A stretch of DNA of 64,000 nt from Candidatus Blautia faecavium (lineage in GTDB: Bacteria > Bacillota > Clostridia > Lachnospirales > Lachnospiraceae). Shown here piece after piece: positions 35,158 to 45,177 of this stretch (position 1 is its first letter; every line of letters starts with the position of its first letter). The notes under the pieces were generated by a model that saw only the letters and a list, made by a program, of their open reading frames with translations, did no database searches and had not been told where the DNA came from. The position numbers were made by a program, and so were the translations under genes. Location of the stretch: assembly GCA_019118425.1 (NCBI GenBank), contig DWYZ01000158.1, positions 2,623 to 66,622 of the forward strand, in the 5' to 3' direction.

Positions 35158-36009
35158 TTAATATACCGTCCAGTTCCCGTTCTCATCCCACACGACTGTT
35201 CCGCCGCCGTCTCCGGAGCTGCTGCCATCATCGAAATAGTCCTCATAGGAATCCCCGGAAGATCCGTCGTCCTCGTAGCTTTCATCATAAGAGTCCTCGT
35301 AATAACTATCATCATAAGAATCCTCATAATAACTGTCGTCATAAGAATCTTCATAATAGCTATCGTCATAGTATATATCCGAGGAATCCTCTGTATCATA
35401 GCTGTAGTCATAAGAATAGTCACTGTAATAGTCGTCACTGCTGTCGTAGTAGCTTTCGTCATAGGTTTCCTCGTAGGAAGAGGCAGTGGCTGTAGTCTCG
35501 TTCCTGGTGCTAAGGCTTAAGTATCTGAGATACATGCTGCCCTCCTCTAAATGCAGGCTGGCCCGTTCCATATCATCCAGATCCACGCCGTAGATCTCAT
35601 AAGAAGAAGCATCTCCGGTAACGATGCGCACATCATACACCGTTCCTTCCTCCTGGGACGGATCATAATACATATTTACCTCTTCCGCTGCTTTGACGGA
35701 AGAATCCGCAGGGATCAGGTTATTTCCCCACTCCCCCATTCCGGAAATCTGAATATAGATTTCTCTTAAATCCACGCCTGTACTGTTTGTCAACACAATA
35801 AACCTGGCGGTATCCTTTTTTACTCCGATCAGCTTAGGCGCCTCAGTAGGGGTAGGGATGGGTGTGGGGGTAACCGGTACCGGCGTAGGAGTCGCCGTAG
35901 GCGCCACAGGCGTTGGGGTGACTTCAGCCTCTCCTCCTCTCCCACATCCACTTCCAAAGAAAGCGAAAGCCAAACAAAATATACAAACAGCAGCCGCAGA
36001 TTTTTTCAT
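35158..36009 (-). CDS. Lipoprotein with Pro/Thr linker, small globular domain and a 108-aa Asp/Ser/Tyr/Glu-rich tail
   Basis: Lipobox AFAFFGSGC after MKKSAAAVCIFCL (ATG 36009, RBS AGGAGG). Linker TPTPVAPTATPTPVPVTPTPIPTPTE. The tail contains YDDSYYEDSYDDSYYEDSYDDSYYEDSYDESY. Confidence 0.7.
   Translation of the reverse strand: MKKSAAAVCIFCLAFAFFGSGCGRGGEAEVTPTPVAPTATPTPVPVTPTPIPTPTEAPKLIGVKKDTARFIVLTNSTGVDLREIYIQISGMGEWGNNLIPADSSVKAAEEVNMYYDPSQEEGTVYDVRIVTGDASSYEIYGVDLDDMERASLHLEEGSMYLRYLSLSTRNETTATASSYEETYDESYYDSSDDYYSDYSYDYSYDTEDSSDIYYDDSYYEDSYDDSYYEDSYDDSYYEDSYDESYEDDGSSGDSYEDYFDDGSSSGDGGGTVVWDENGNWTVY
35283..35363. repeat. 27-nt tandem repeat, 3 copies, inside the lipoprotein tail
   Basis: CATCATAAGAGTCCTCGTAATAACTAT / CATCATAAGAATCCTCATAATAACTGT / CGTCATAAGAATCTTCATAATAGCTAT, each encoding a 9-aa D/S/Y/E unit (repeated peptide DSYYEDSYD). 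Confidence 0.85.
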
Positions 36010-36023
36010 AATATAATTGCCTC

Positions 36024-37523
36024 CTACTCTTCCTCTCTCGTCCACTCTAAAGTACAGCGGACCGCCCTTCTCCATCCTTTTAAAAGAGCGTCTCGCTTCT
36101 CCTTGGAAATCTCGGGAACAAACACCTTATCCTGCTGCCAATTTTCCCTGATCTCCTCAGCGTCCTTCCAAAAGCCCGTGGCCAGCCCTGCCAGGCACGC
36201 AGCTCCAAGAGCGGTGGTTTCAATACATTTAGGCCGCACCACCCTGGCGTCTAAAATGTCTGCCTGAAACTGCATCAAAAAATCATTGGCGCTGGCGCCT
36301 CCATCCACGCGAAGGACGCTCAGCTTCCTGCCTGCGTCCATTTCCATTGCACGGATCACGTCATGCACCTGGTAAGCCAGCGACTCTACTGTAGCCCGGA
36401 TCAAATGCGCCCTGTCCGCCCCGCGGGTAAGACCCAGGATGGTTCCTTTCGCATATTGGTTCCAGTAAGGGGCTCCTAAGCCAGTGAAGGCGGGAACCAC
36501 ATAGACTCCATTGGAATCCGGCACAGACCTGCAATATTTTTCTGACTCCGGCGCGCTTTCCACGATCTTAAGCTCATCTCTCAGCCACTGGATCGCGGCT
36601 CCGGCCACAAATACACTTCCTTCCAAGGCATACCCCGGCGTACCGTCCCCGTTTACTGCCATAGTGGTTAAAAGTCCGTTTTCTGACTTTACCGCATCCT
36701 CTCCTGTGTGCATCAGAAGAAATCCACCGGTCCCATATGTATTCTTTACATCTCCAGGCGTAAAGCAGCACTGGCCAAGAAGAGCAGCCTGCTGGTCTCC
36801 CGCCGCTCCGGCTATGGGTATCCTTCCTCCCATGACCGCTTCATTGGTATAGCCGTAAATACATGAGCTCGGTTTCACCTCCGGCAGCATACAGGCAGGA
36901 ATATCCAGCCGTTTTAAAATTTCTTCATCCCACTGTTTTTTATGGATGTCAAAAAGCATAGTCCGGGAAGCATTGGTATAATCTGTCACATGGACTTCTC
37001 CTCTGGTGAGCTTCCAGATCAGCCAGGTATCCACCGTCCCGAACAGCAGCCTGCCTTCCTTCGCGGCCTCTCTGGCCCCATGGACATAGTCCAGGATCCA
37101 GCGAAGCTTGGTTCCGGAAAAATAGGCATCTGGTATCAGTCCCGTTTTTTCTCTGATCACCTGGCCGAATCCTTCTTTTTCCAGCTCCTCCACCATCCCG
37201 GCCGTCCTTCTGCACTGCCATACAATGGCAGGATAAACCGGATTTCCTGTAACCTTATCCCAGACAATAGTGGTTTCTCTCTGATTCGTGATACCTATGG
37301 AATCTATATCCGCCACATCTGCTCCTATCTTTCCCATCGCTTCCTTCATGACACTCATCTGGGAAGACCAAATTTCATGGGGATCATGCTCCACCCAGCC
37401 TGCCTTAGGATAATACTGAGTATACTCCTTTTGCGCCACGCTGCGCATATTCCCCTTTTTATCAAATAATATACACCGGGAACTGGTAGTTCCCTGATCC
37501 AGCGCCATCACATAATTTCCCAT
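36024..37523 (-). CDS. glpK: Glycerol kinase
   Basis: 499 aa. [16 protein letters not shown] ... GDQQAAL ... full-length FGGY kinase signature. Confidence 0.95.
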   Translation of the reverse strand: MGNYVMALDQGTTSSRCILFDKKGNMRSVAQKEYTQYYPKAGWVEHDPHEIWSSQMSVMKEAMGKIGADVADIDSIGITNQRETTIVWDKVTGNPVYPAIVWQCRRTAGMVEELEKEGFGQVIREKTGLIPDAYFSGTKLRWILDYVHGAREAAKEGRLLFGTVDTWLIWKLTRGEVHVTDYTNASRTMLFDIHKKQWDEEILKRLDIPACMLPEVKPSSCIYGYTNEAVMGGRIPIAGAAGDQQAALLGQCCFTPGDVKNTYGTGGFLLMHTGEDAVKSENGLLTTMAVNGDGTPGYALEGSVFVAGAAIQWLRDELKIVESAPESEKYCRSVPDSNGVYVVPAFTGLGAPYWNQYAKGTILGLTRGADRAHLIRATVESLAYQVHDVIRAMEMDAGRKLSVLRVDGGASANDFLMQFQADILDARVVRPKCIETTALGAACLAGLATGFWKDAEEIRENWQQDKVFVPEISKEKRDALLKGWRRAVRCTLEWTREEE

Positions 37524-37562
37524 AAAAACCCTCCTTGTCTGCCGTATTACCCCACTCTATAT

Positions 37563-38465
37563 TTATCCTAAAAGATTTTTCCCGACAAAGTATCCTATGA
37601 CTAAAACGCCTAAAACAATGCGGTACACACCGAAAGCCTTGAAATCGTGCTTTTGAATATAGCTCATTAAAAATTTAATAGCAAGTATGGAAACGATAAA
37701 CGCTACCCCGCAGCCCACTCCCAGTATGATCAGTTCGTTGGCGGTAAAGGAAAAGCCAAAATTTACCAGTTTAAGAAGACTTGCCCCCACCATGACCGGA
37801 ATAGCCAGAAAGAAGGTAAATTCCGCTGCTACCGTACGGGAGGTTCCCACAAGAATCCCGCCGATTATGGTGGAACCGGAACGGGAAGTTCCCGGAATCA
37901 CAGATAAAACCTGGAAAATTCCTATAAGAAAGGCTGTCTTAAAAGATAATTTCTCCAGGGAAGTACAGGACGGCTTTCTTTTTTTATTATAGTCTTCTAT
38001 CACAATGAAAAAGACGCCGTACACGATCAGCGCAATGGCAACTACCACATAATTGTTGAATTTTTCTTCTATGTAATCATTAAAGGGAAGGGCAATGACA
38101 ATGGTAGGGATACAGGCGACCAGTATTTTAAACCATAAGATCCACTTTTTTTTGTCACAGAACCGCTCCACAAAGGTAAGAATCCATCTGGACACAGCAG
38201 GCTGTCTGGCAATGGCCTCCGCCTTTTGCCTGGAAAGCTTATTTATACAAAATGGCCACAGCTTGCTCCAGTATAAGACCACTACAGCCAGGATCGCGCC
38301 CAATTGGATGGCCACAAGGAAAAAATCTTTAAACTCCTGGCTTACATTCAGTTTAATAAATTCATCCACCAGGATCATATGCCCGGTGCTGCTGATGGGC
38401 AGCCACTCCGTGATCCCCTCCACTATACCTAAAAGCACTGCCTTTAAAATTTCTATAATATTCAT
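37563..38465 (-). CDS. uppP: Undecaprenyl-diphosphate phosphatase
   Basis: [16 protein letters not shown] and [10 protein letters not shown] motifs. 300 aa. Confidence 0.95.
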   Translation of the reverse strand: MNIIEILKAVLLGIVEGITEWLPISSTGHMILVDEFIKLNVSQEFKDFFLVAIQLGAILAVVVLYWSKLWPFCINKLSRQKAEAIARQPAVSRWILTFVERFCDKKKWILWFKILVACIPTIVIALPFNDYIEEKFNNYVVVAIALIVYGVFFIVIEDYNKKRKPSCTSLEKLSFKTAFLIGIFQVLSVIPGTSRSGSTIIGGILVGTSRTVAAEFTFFLAIPVMVGASLLKLVNFGFSFTANELIILGVGCGVAFIVSILAIKFLMSYIQKHDFKAFGVYRIVLGVLVIGYFVGKNLLG

Positions 38466-38575
38466 ACATTCCCCTTTCTGCTTTCTTCATCCTGCTGTCA
38501 TGTTCTCCACGTCGTCCTATTACAGGATTCCTGCCTATATATAAGAATTATGCGGGTTCCTATAAACAGCTAAAA

Positions 38576-38608
38576 GAGGATGAAGGTTTCACGATCTTCT
38601 TCATCCTC
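38576..38608 (-). terminator. Terminator of carAB
   Basis: 10-bp stem GAGGATGAAG / CTTCATCCTC, followed on the minus strand by TTTT. Confidence 0.8.
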
Positions 38609-38728
38609 TTTAAGTATATTACACCTGATTCACTTCGTAAACTTCTTTTTCCCGGTCTCAAAAAATTTTCACAATATTTCGGGCTATTTCACACAAGCTA
38701 TAAAAAGCTTAATGTCTGTCAGACCCAG

Positions 38729-41700
38729 TTATCTCTGGTCAATCGCAGCGATATCAATCAGGGTCAGATTATTCAGATCCGTATTTTCCAAACTGGTCAC
38801 AAGGGCCTCTGCCGTATCCAGGCTAGTCAGCACATTTACACCTGTTTCAATGGCATTCCTTCTAATCAGAAAGCCGTCCTTCTGATGCTCTACTCCCTGA
38901 GGCGGCGTGTCAATGACTACATCGATCTTATGGCCAAGGATCAGGTCCAAAAGGTTCGGCGCAGGCTGTTCAAGCTTATTGGTACGGATCACCTTAATGC
39001 CATTTTCCTTTAATGCCCTAGCTGTGCCTCTCGTGGCGTATATACGGTATCCCAAAGCCTCAAACCTTCTGGCAATGGGGACGATATCCTGCTGGTCCTC
39101 ATCCTTCACAGTGATAATCATATTTTTATACTTCGGAAGCCGGATCCCTGCTCCCAGGAAGGCCTTATACAAAGCTTCGTTAAAGGTTTCCGCGATACCC
39201 AGACATTCTCCTGTAGACTTCATCTCCGGTCCCAGGCTGATATCCGCCCCATGGATCTTCTCAAAGGAGAATACCGGCATCTTAATGGCAATATGTTTCG
39301 CCTCAGGCTGAAGCCCAGGCTTATAGCCAAGATCTTTCAGTTTATGGCCAAGGATCACCTTGGTGGCAAGAGGAACAATGGGGATACCCGTCACCTTGCT
39401 GATGTACGGCACTGTACGGCTGGAACGGGGATTTACCTCGATCACATAAACCTCTTCCCCGCACACGATAAACTGAATATTGATCATACCGATCACGTGA
39501 AGGGCTTTTGCCAGACGGCGGGTATATTCCGCGATGGTTTCCTTCGCCTTCTCGCTGATGGTCTGGGCAGGATAAACCGAGATACTGTCTCCGGAATGAA
39601 CGCCGGCGCGCTCTATATGCTCCATAATGCCCGGGATCAAGATGTCCTCTCCGTCACAAACCGCATCCACCTCGATCTCTTTTCCCATAAGATATTTATC
39701 CACAAGGATAGGATGCTCCTGCGCGATCTGGTTGATGATCCCGATGTATTCTTCCACATCTTCGTCACTTACAGCAATACGCATCCCCTGTCCTCCAAGG
39801 ACATAAGAAGGACGTACCAGGACCGGATAGCCAAGCTCTGCCGCTGCTTCTTTCGCCTCCTGGGCGGTAAATACCGTATGCCCCTTAGGACGTGGGATCT
39901 CACACTGTTCCAGGATCTTGTCAAACAGCTCTCTATCCTCCGCCGCGTCCACATCCTCCGCTGAGGTCCCTAAGATCTTTACTCCCATCTTGATCAAAGC
40001 TTCTGTAAGCTTGATGGCTGTCTGACCTCCGAACTGAACCACTGCCCCGTCCGGCTTTTCAATATTGACCACATTCTCTACATCCTCAGGAGTCAGCGGT
40101 TCGAAATACAGCTTATCCGCAATATCAAAGTCTGTACTTACTGTCTCCGGGTTATTATTTATGATGATAGTCTCATAACCTTCCTTAGAAAAGGCCCAGG
40201 TACAGTGTACCGAACAAAAGTCAAACTCAATTCCCTGTCCAATACGGATCGGACCGGAGCCAAGGACAAGAACTTTTTTCTTATCCGGGGTAGCCGCCGC
40301 CTCGTTTTCTATGCCGGCGTCTCCGTACACAGAATAATAATAGGGGGTAGCCGCCGCGAATTCCGCCGCACAGGTGTCTACCATCTTATAAGCGGCAGTA
40401 ATACTATTTTCCCGGCGCATTGCCTTTATTTCTTCCTCTGTCTTTCCAGACAGGCGGGCGATCACATTGTCCGGGAATTCCAGGCGCTTCGCTTCCAGCA
40501 GGGTAGCTGGTGTGAGTTCCTGTTTCTTTAAAATCTGCTCCATTTCCACCAGGATCGCTAGTTTATCAATAAACCACAGATCGATCTTCGTGATCCGGTG
40601 GATTTCCTCCTGAGACAGTCCGCGACGGATGGCTTCGGCGATCTTCCAGATCCTGCGGTCGTCTACGATCTTTAGCTCATCTAAAAGATCTTCCTGGGAA
40701 AGTCCGGAAAAATCATAGGACAAAAGGCTGTCCACATGCTGTTCCAGGGAACGGATTGCCTTCATCAAGGCCCCTTCAAAGCTGTGGCAGATACTCATCA
40801 CCTCTCCGGTGGCCTTCATCTGGGTAGTCAGAGTTCTCTTTGCCGTAATAAATTTATCAAAAGGCAGGCGGGGGATCTTTACCACACAGTAATCCAACAT
40901 AGGTTCAAAGCTGGCGTAGGTCTTTCCTGTAATGGCATTGGGGATCTCATCCAGGGTGTAGCCTAAGGCGATCTTTGCCGCTACCTTCGCGATCGGATAA
41001 CCGGTAGCCTTACTTGCAAGGGCTGAGGAACGGCTCACACGGGGATTTACTTCGATCACACAGTACTCGAAACTTTCCGGGTGAAGGGCATACTGTACAT
41101 TGCAGCCGCCTGTAATGCCAAGTTCTGTGATAATGTTTAGAGCAGAGGTACGAAGCATCTGGTACTCTTTATCCCCCAAAGTCTGGGAAGGCGCCACTAC
41201 GATAGAGTCTCCTGTGTGAACCCCTACCGGGTCGATATTTTCCATGTTGCAGACGGTGATGCAGTTTCCGGCACTGTCCCGCATAACCTCATACTCGATT
41301 TCTTTCCATCCGGCAATACATCTTTCTACGAGAACCTCTCCTACTCGTGAAAGACGCAGGCCGTTTTCCAGGATTTCCCTAAGCTCATGCTCATTATTGG
41401 CGATGCCGCCGCCGCTTCCTCCTAAGGTATAAGCAGGACGGAGCACCACAGGATAACCAATCTGATTGGTAAAGGCAAGACCGTCCTCCACTGTGGTGAC
41501 CACCTTGGACGCAGCCACTGGCTCTCCGATCTTTTCCATAGTGTCTTTAAATTCCTGGCGGTCCTCTGCCTTTTTAATGGTTTCTGCAGTGGTACCGATC
41601 AGGCGGACGTTATGTTCCTTTAAAAAGCCTTTTTCTTCCAGCTCCATGGCAAGGTTCAAGCCCGCCTGGCCTCCCAGGGTGGGAAGAACACTATCCGGCT

Positions 41701-41944
41701 TTTCTTTTAAAATAAGCTGCTCTACCACTTCCACGGTGAGCGGCTCAATATATACTTTATCCGCAATATCCTTGTCCGTCATAATGGTGGCAGGATTGGA
41801 ATTTAAAAGGACTACTTCGATTCCTTCTTCTTTTAAGGACCGGCAGGCCTGTGTCCCTGCGTAGTCAAACTCTGCTGCCTGTCCAATGACGATCGGACCG
41901 GAGCCGATGACAAGTACCTTTTTGATCTCTTTATTTTTCGGCAT
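38729..41944 (-). CDS. carB: Carbamoyl-phosphate synthase large subunit
   Basis: 1071 aa with duplicated ATP-grasp halves and a C-terminal MGS-like domain. Overlaps the carA stop by 1 nt. Confidence 0.97.
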   Translation of the reverse strand: MPKNKEIKKVLVIGSGPIVIGQAAEFDYAGTQACRSLKEEGIEVVLLNSNPATIMTDKDIADKVYIEPLTVEVVEQLILKEKPDSVLPTLGGQAGLNLAMELEEKGFLKEHNVRLIGTTAETIKKAEDRQEFKDTMEKIGEPVAASKVVTTVEDGLAFTNQIGYPVVLRPAYTLGGSGGGIANNEHELREILENGLRLSRVGEVLVERCIAGWKEIEYEVMRDSAGNCITVCNMENIDPVGVHTGDSIVVAPSQTLGDKEYQMLRTSALNIITELGITGGCNVQYALHPESFEYCVIEVNPRVSRSSALASKATGYPIAKVAAKIALGYTLDEIPNAITGKTYASFEPMLDYCVVKIPRLPFDKFITAKRTLTTQMKATGEVMSICHSFEGALMKAIRSLEQHVDSLLSYDFSGLSQEDLLDELKIVDDRRIWKIAEAIRRGLSQEEIHRITKIDLWFIDKLAILVEMEQILKKQELTPATLLEAKRLEFPDNVIARLSGKTEEEIKAMRRENSITAAYKMVDTCAAEFAAATPYYYSVYGDAGIENEAAATPDKKKVLVLGSGPIRIGQGIEFDFCSVHCTWAFSKEGYETIIINNNPETVSTDFDIADKLYFEPLTPEDVENVVNIEKPDGAVVQFGGQTAIKLTEALIKMGVKILGTSAEDVDAAEDRELFDKILEQCEIPRPKGHTVFTAQEAKEAAAELGYPVLVRPSYVLGGQGMRIAVSDEDVEEYIGIINQIAQEHPILVDKYLMGKEIEVDAVCDGEDILIPGIMEHIERAGVHSGDSISVYPAQTISEKAKETIAEYTRRLAKALHVIGMINIQFIVCGEEVYVIEVNPRSSRTVPYISKVTGIPIVPLATKVILGHKLKDLGYKPGLQPEAKHIAIKMPVFSFEKIHGADISLGPEMKSTGECLGIAETFNEALYKAFLGAGIRLPKYKNMIITVKDEDQQDIVPIARRFEALGYRIYATRGTARALKENGIKVIRTNKLEQPAPNLLDLILGHKIDVVIDTPPQGVEHQKDGFLIRRNAIETGVNVLTSLDTAEALVTSLENTDLNNLTLIDIAAIDQR

Positions 41945-43020
41945 TATTTCTTTCCTCCCATCATTTCCATAAATCTGTCAAATAAATAGCTGGAGTCCTG
42001 GGGACCCGGGCAGGCTTCCGGATGGAACTGTACGGTAAAGATGTTTTTTCCTTCGTATGCCATGCCTTCGTTCGTCCCATCGTTTACATTGACAAACGCA
42101 GGCCGGGCGATATTTTTTTCTTCCAGGGTCTTGGCGTCTACTACATATCCGTGGTTCTGGGAAGAAATATACACTCTTCCTGTGGAAAGATCCTTGACCG
42201 GATGATTTCCGCCTCTGTGTCCGTATTTCATTTTATGGGTGTCGCCCCCTGTGGCAAGGGCCATAAGCTGGTGTCCCAGGCAGATAGCAAAAATCGGCAC
42301 ATCGGAATCATATAATTTTTTAATTTCTTCAATGATAGAGGTACATTCCTTGGGATCCCCCGGTCCGTTGCTCAGCATAATGCCATCGGGAGCGTCCTTT
42401 AAGATTTCCTCCGCCGAGGTAAGGGCTGGATAGATGGTCACCTGACATCCCCGGGCATTTAAAGATCTGGCAATGTTTCTCTTTGCTCCGAAATCCATCA
42501 GCGCTACCTTAGGACCGTTTCCTTTTAATACTTCTTTTTCACGGCAGGTTACCTTTTCCACTACTTTTCCAGTTGTATATTCTTTTAATCTGGGGAGGAT
42601 TGCATCTAGGTCATAATTTTCATCCACAGTGATCATCCCGTTCATGGTACCTTTCTCCCGAAGGATTTTCGTCAATGCCCTGGTATCAATTCCGGCGATG
42701 CCTGGAATGTCATGCTTTGATAAGAAATGCTGAATCGTATCTACGCTTCTGAAATTACTGGGAATACGTGACAATTCCCGAACGATAAAGCCATCGATCC
42801 AGGGTCCTCTGGATTCCTGGTCGTCATAACAAATTCCGTAATTACCAATCAAAGGATAGGTCATACACACTGCCTGTCCCGCATAGGAAGGGTCCGTCAT
42901 TACTTCCAGATAACCGGTCATGGAAGTATTAAAAACGATCTCGCTGATGACTTCTCTGGTAGAACCAATGCTGGTTCCTGTAAAAACAGTGCCATCTTCC
43001 AATATCAGAAATGCTTTCAT
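41944..43020 (-). CDS. carA: Carbamoyl-phosphate synthase small (glutaminase) subunit
   Basis: 358 aa. Glutamine amidotransferase Cys in FAICLGHQL. Confidence 0.95.
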   Translation of the reverse strand: MKAFLILEDGTVFTGTSIGSTREVISEIVFNTSMTGYLEVMTDPSYAGQAVCMTYPLIGNYGICYDDQESRGPWIDGFIVRELSRIPSNFRSVDTIQHFLSKHDIPGIAGIDTRALTKILREKGTMNGMITVDENYDLDAILPRLKEYTTGKVVEKVTCREKEVLKGNGPKVALMDFGAKRNIARSLNARGCQVTIYPALTSAEEILKDAPDGIMLSNGPGDPKECTSIIEEIKKLYDSDVPIFAICLGHQLMALATGGDTHKMKYGHRGGNHPVKDLSTGRVYISSQNHGYVVDAKTLEEKNIARPAFVNVNDGTNEGMAYEGKNIFTVQFHPEACPGPQDSSYLFDRFMEMMGGKK

Positions 43021-43183
43021 ACAATCTCCCTTTCTCTTGTTTTCTTCTATTTTATCCTAAATCTTCAAGATTGTATCACAAGAAGATTGTTTTTTCAACA
43101 GAATTTCAGGCTAAAAATAATTCAGTCATACTCAAATTCTTTCAGTTTTCTATAAAATTTTTTAAATTTTTTTCATTTTCCTG

Positions 43184-43212
43184 TTGACATTTTTCTCTAA
43201 CTGAGGTATTAT
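43184..43212 (+). promoter_or_regulatory. Promoter of tRNA-Leu (TTGACA-17-TATTAT)
   Basis: Consensus -35 at 43184-43189; -10 at 43207-43212. An overlapping TATAAT lies at 43210-43215. Confidence 0.7.
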
Positions 43213-43248
43213 AATCAAGCAGTCAGGAAATGACTGAAACATAGAAAT

Positions 43249-43332
43249 GCAGGAGTGGCGGAATTGGCAGACGCGCAGGCTTCAGGTGCCTGTGGTCGCA
43301 AGATCGTGTGGGTTCAAGTCCCATCTCCTGCA
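43249..43332 (+). tRNA. tRNA-Leu (anticodon CAG)
   Basis: Hand-folded type II tRNA. Acceptor GCAGGAG/CTCCTGC; anticodon stem CAGGC/GCCTG with loop TTCAGGT; long variable arm; T loop TTCAAGT. CCA is not encoded. Confidence 0.95.
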
Positions 43333-43481
43333 TTCTTTTTTTGTTCTCTAATCTCTTTCTGTCAGGAAATATATCCAACCCCTATTATCCCCTCCACCAA
43401 GTTCATATTCGCTAAAATCTCATCTCGATTTATATTGAAAAAGAGCATAACTCACGCTTTTCCATGAATTACACTCTCTTT

Positions 43482-43515
43482 AAAAAAAATCAAGAGCTGC
43501 CCCACGGCAGCCCTT
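43482..43515 (-). terminator. Terminator of the LRR protein gene
   Basis: Minus strand reads GGCTGCC-gtgg-GGCAGCTC followed by TTGATTTTTTTT. Confidence 0.85.
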
Positions 43516-43544
43516 GACGTATAAAGCTGTAATGATCTGTATTT

Positions 43545-45053
43545 TTATTTTGCCTTGATCGTCTTAACAGCGCTGTAGGAACCTGGATATCTCCTGCCGT
43601 TTGCCTGTACGAAGGCATTAGCTCTGAAGTAATATGTTCCTCCGCTCTGAAGACCTGTTCTCTTAACACTTGTCTTGGTTGTGTATTTTGCGATACAGTT
43701 TGTTACATTATTTTTGTTTCTGCCCATGAATACATTGTATCCGGATGCACCTGGAACGGCTTTCCAGCTGACAGTTACGGCTCTCCTTCCGGAGTTCTTT
43801 ACAGTAATCGCAGGTGCCTTCGGTACAGCCTTTACAGTCACAGACTTAGAGCTTGACCATGAAGTAGGAACTTTATCCTTGTTCTGTACGCTTACCGTTG
43901 CGGTTACTCTGTAAGTATAGCTCTTTCCTGGTTCTATATTATTGTCTGTATAGGTATTATCGCCAAATTCCTGATCATCAAGCTGTCCCGGTTCCCAGGT
44001 GGCAAGTGTCTGGAAAGCGCCGCTTCCTACCCTTCTCTCCAGTCTGACAGTAGCATTGTCTGTAGAAGCGCCCACAGAAACCGTTACCTTGTCCAGACCG
44101 CTTGCTATAGTCGCAGAAGCTTTCGGCGTTACCATGACGAATTTGCTTCTTGCTGCACTGTTGCAGGTAAAACGCTGAGGCACTCTGTTTCCAAGAACGG
44201 AGAAATCTACCTTGGAAGTTCTGCTCAGTGTATTTCCTGAACCGTCCAGATAGATGGCTGCTGCCTGATATCCTTCACTTCCGCCGCTGAAAGTGGTGAT
44301 CCTGTTATTGCTCAGATCCAGGATGCCCTCGAATCCGGAGCAGTTAAAAGAGGTGATCCTATTGTTGCTTGCATAGATCTCCGTCAAATTCGGCAGACTG
44401 GAAAGAGAAATATTTCCAAGTCCCGCATTTGCCTGTGAAGCAAACTGATTATTGCTTACATCGATGTAATCCAGCTTTCTCAAGTTAGAAACTGCCGGCA
44501 TCGTAAGCTTAGTCAAAGAGTTATTGTTTACCATAATTGTGGTAAGACCGCCTGTACACCTGGACAAATTCAATGTGCCAGTTAACTTATTGTTAGAAAG
44601 ATTTACATAAGTAAGCTTCGTATTTCTCGTAAGATCTACACTTGAAAGTCTGTTATTAGAAGCGTTTAATCTAGTTAATCCGGTAAATCTCTCTATGCCG
44701 TTCAATCTTGCGATATTTCTGCCGGATACGTTAATCTCTGTTACCGCGCTGATTTCTGAGGAAGATAAACCACCGCTGTTATCCTTGTCAAATGTGGAAG
44801 AAACATAAGACCGGAAAGTTGCATCCGGGAAAGTAGCCACGTTAATCGGCACTGTGTCAGAAGCAGCCCTGGTAGTAACTTGGGAAGCATCCTCGGACTC
44901 TTCTGTGGTAAATAAATCTTCTGGTTCTGCCGCCGCTTCAGCTGCTGTGTCTCCAGACACAAAATCTGCCGCGTAGGCAGGCGCACTTGTCAAAAGCATC
45001 GCTGCGCTTAAAACACTGGCCATACATGCATGATATAACTTTTTATTTCTCAT
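43545..45053 (-). CDS. Secreted leucine-rich-repeat protein with C-terminal Fn3-like domains
   Basis: Signal peptide MRNKKLYHACMASVLSAAMLLTSAPAYA. There are about 8 LRR units (LxxLxLSNNxL...) and two Ig/Fn3-like modules. I saw no LPXTG motif. Confidence 0.75.
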   Translation of the reverse strand: MRNKKLYHACMASVLSAAMLLTSAPAYAADFVSGDTAAEAAAEPEDLFTTEESEDASQVTTRAASDTVPINVATFPDATFRSYVSSTFDKDNSGGLSSSEISAVTEINVSGRNIARLNGIERFTGLTRLNASNNRLSSVDLTRNTKLTYVNLSNNKLTGTLNLSRCTGGLTTIMVNNNSLTKLTMPAVSNLRKLDYIDVSNNQFASQANAGLGNISLSSLPNLTEIYASNNRITSFNCSGFEGILDLSNNRITTFSGGSEGYQAAAIYLDGSGNTLSRTSKVDFSVLGNRVPQRFTCNSAARSKFVMVTPKASATIASGLDKVTVSVGASTDNATVRLERRVGSGAFQTLATWEPGQLDDQEFGDNTYTDNNIEPGKSYTYRVTATVSVQNKDKVPTSWSSSKSVTVKAVPKAPAITVKNSGRRAVTVSWKAVPGASGYNVFMGRNKNNVTNCIAKYTTKTSVKRTGLQSGGTYYFRANAFVQANGRRYPGSYSAVKTIKAK

Positions 45054-45177
45054 CCTTTTTCACTCCTATAGCTTATTTATAAAGTTATGAAGATTCCTTA
45101 CAAGCGTAATTTTAAACCAATTCTATAGCAAAATCAACTATATTTTTCATAATTGTTAATTTTTTTTATCTAAATAT

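Noticed and set aside
35106-35520. ORFs of 118 and 132 aa rich in Ile/Thr/Met/Val overlapping the lipoprotein tail.
   Set aside because: They are frame-shifted or antisense readings of the low-complexity Asp/Ser/Tyr-coding repeat, with no start context. The lipoprotein frame has a lipobox, an RBS and operon logic.
37563-38465. UppP is about 20-25 residues longer than the E. coli and B. subtilis enzymes, owing to a longer loop ([32 protein letters not shown]).
   Set aside because: This is loop-length variation in a cytoplasmic or periplasmic connector. All catalytic motifs are intact, so it is not distinctive enough to pursue.
43040-43100. Alternative hairpins (AATCTTC/GAAGATT versus the palindrome ATCTT-C-AAGAT, followed by T6 on the plus strand) in the carA upstream region. 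This could be a pyrimidine or arginine attenuator or an ARG box.
   Set aside because: The T tract follows the hairpin on the wrong strand for carA. There is only half-site similarity to an ARG box (ACTGAATTATTTTTAG), and I saw no PyrR binding-loop consensus. Evidence is insufficient.
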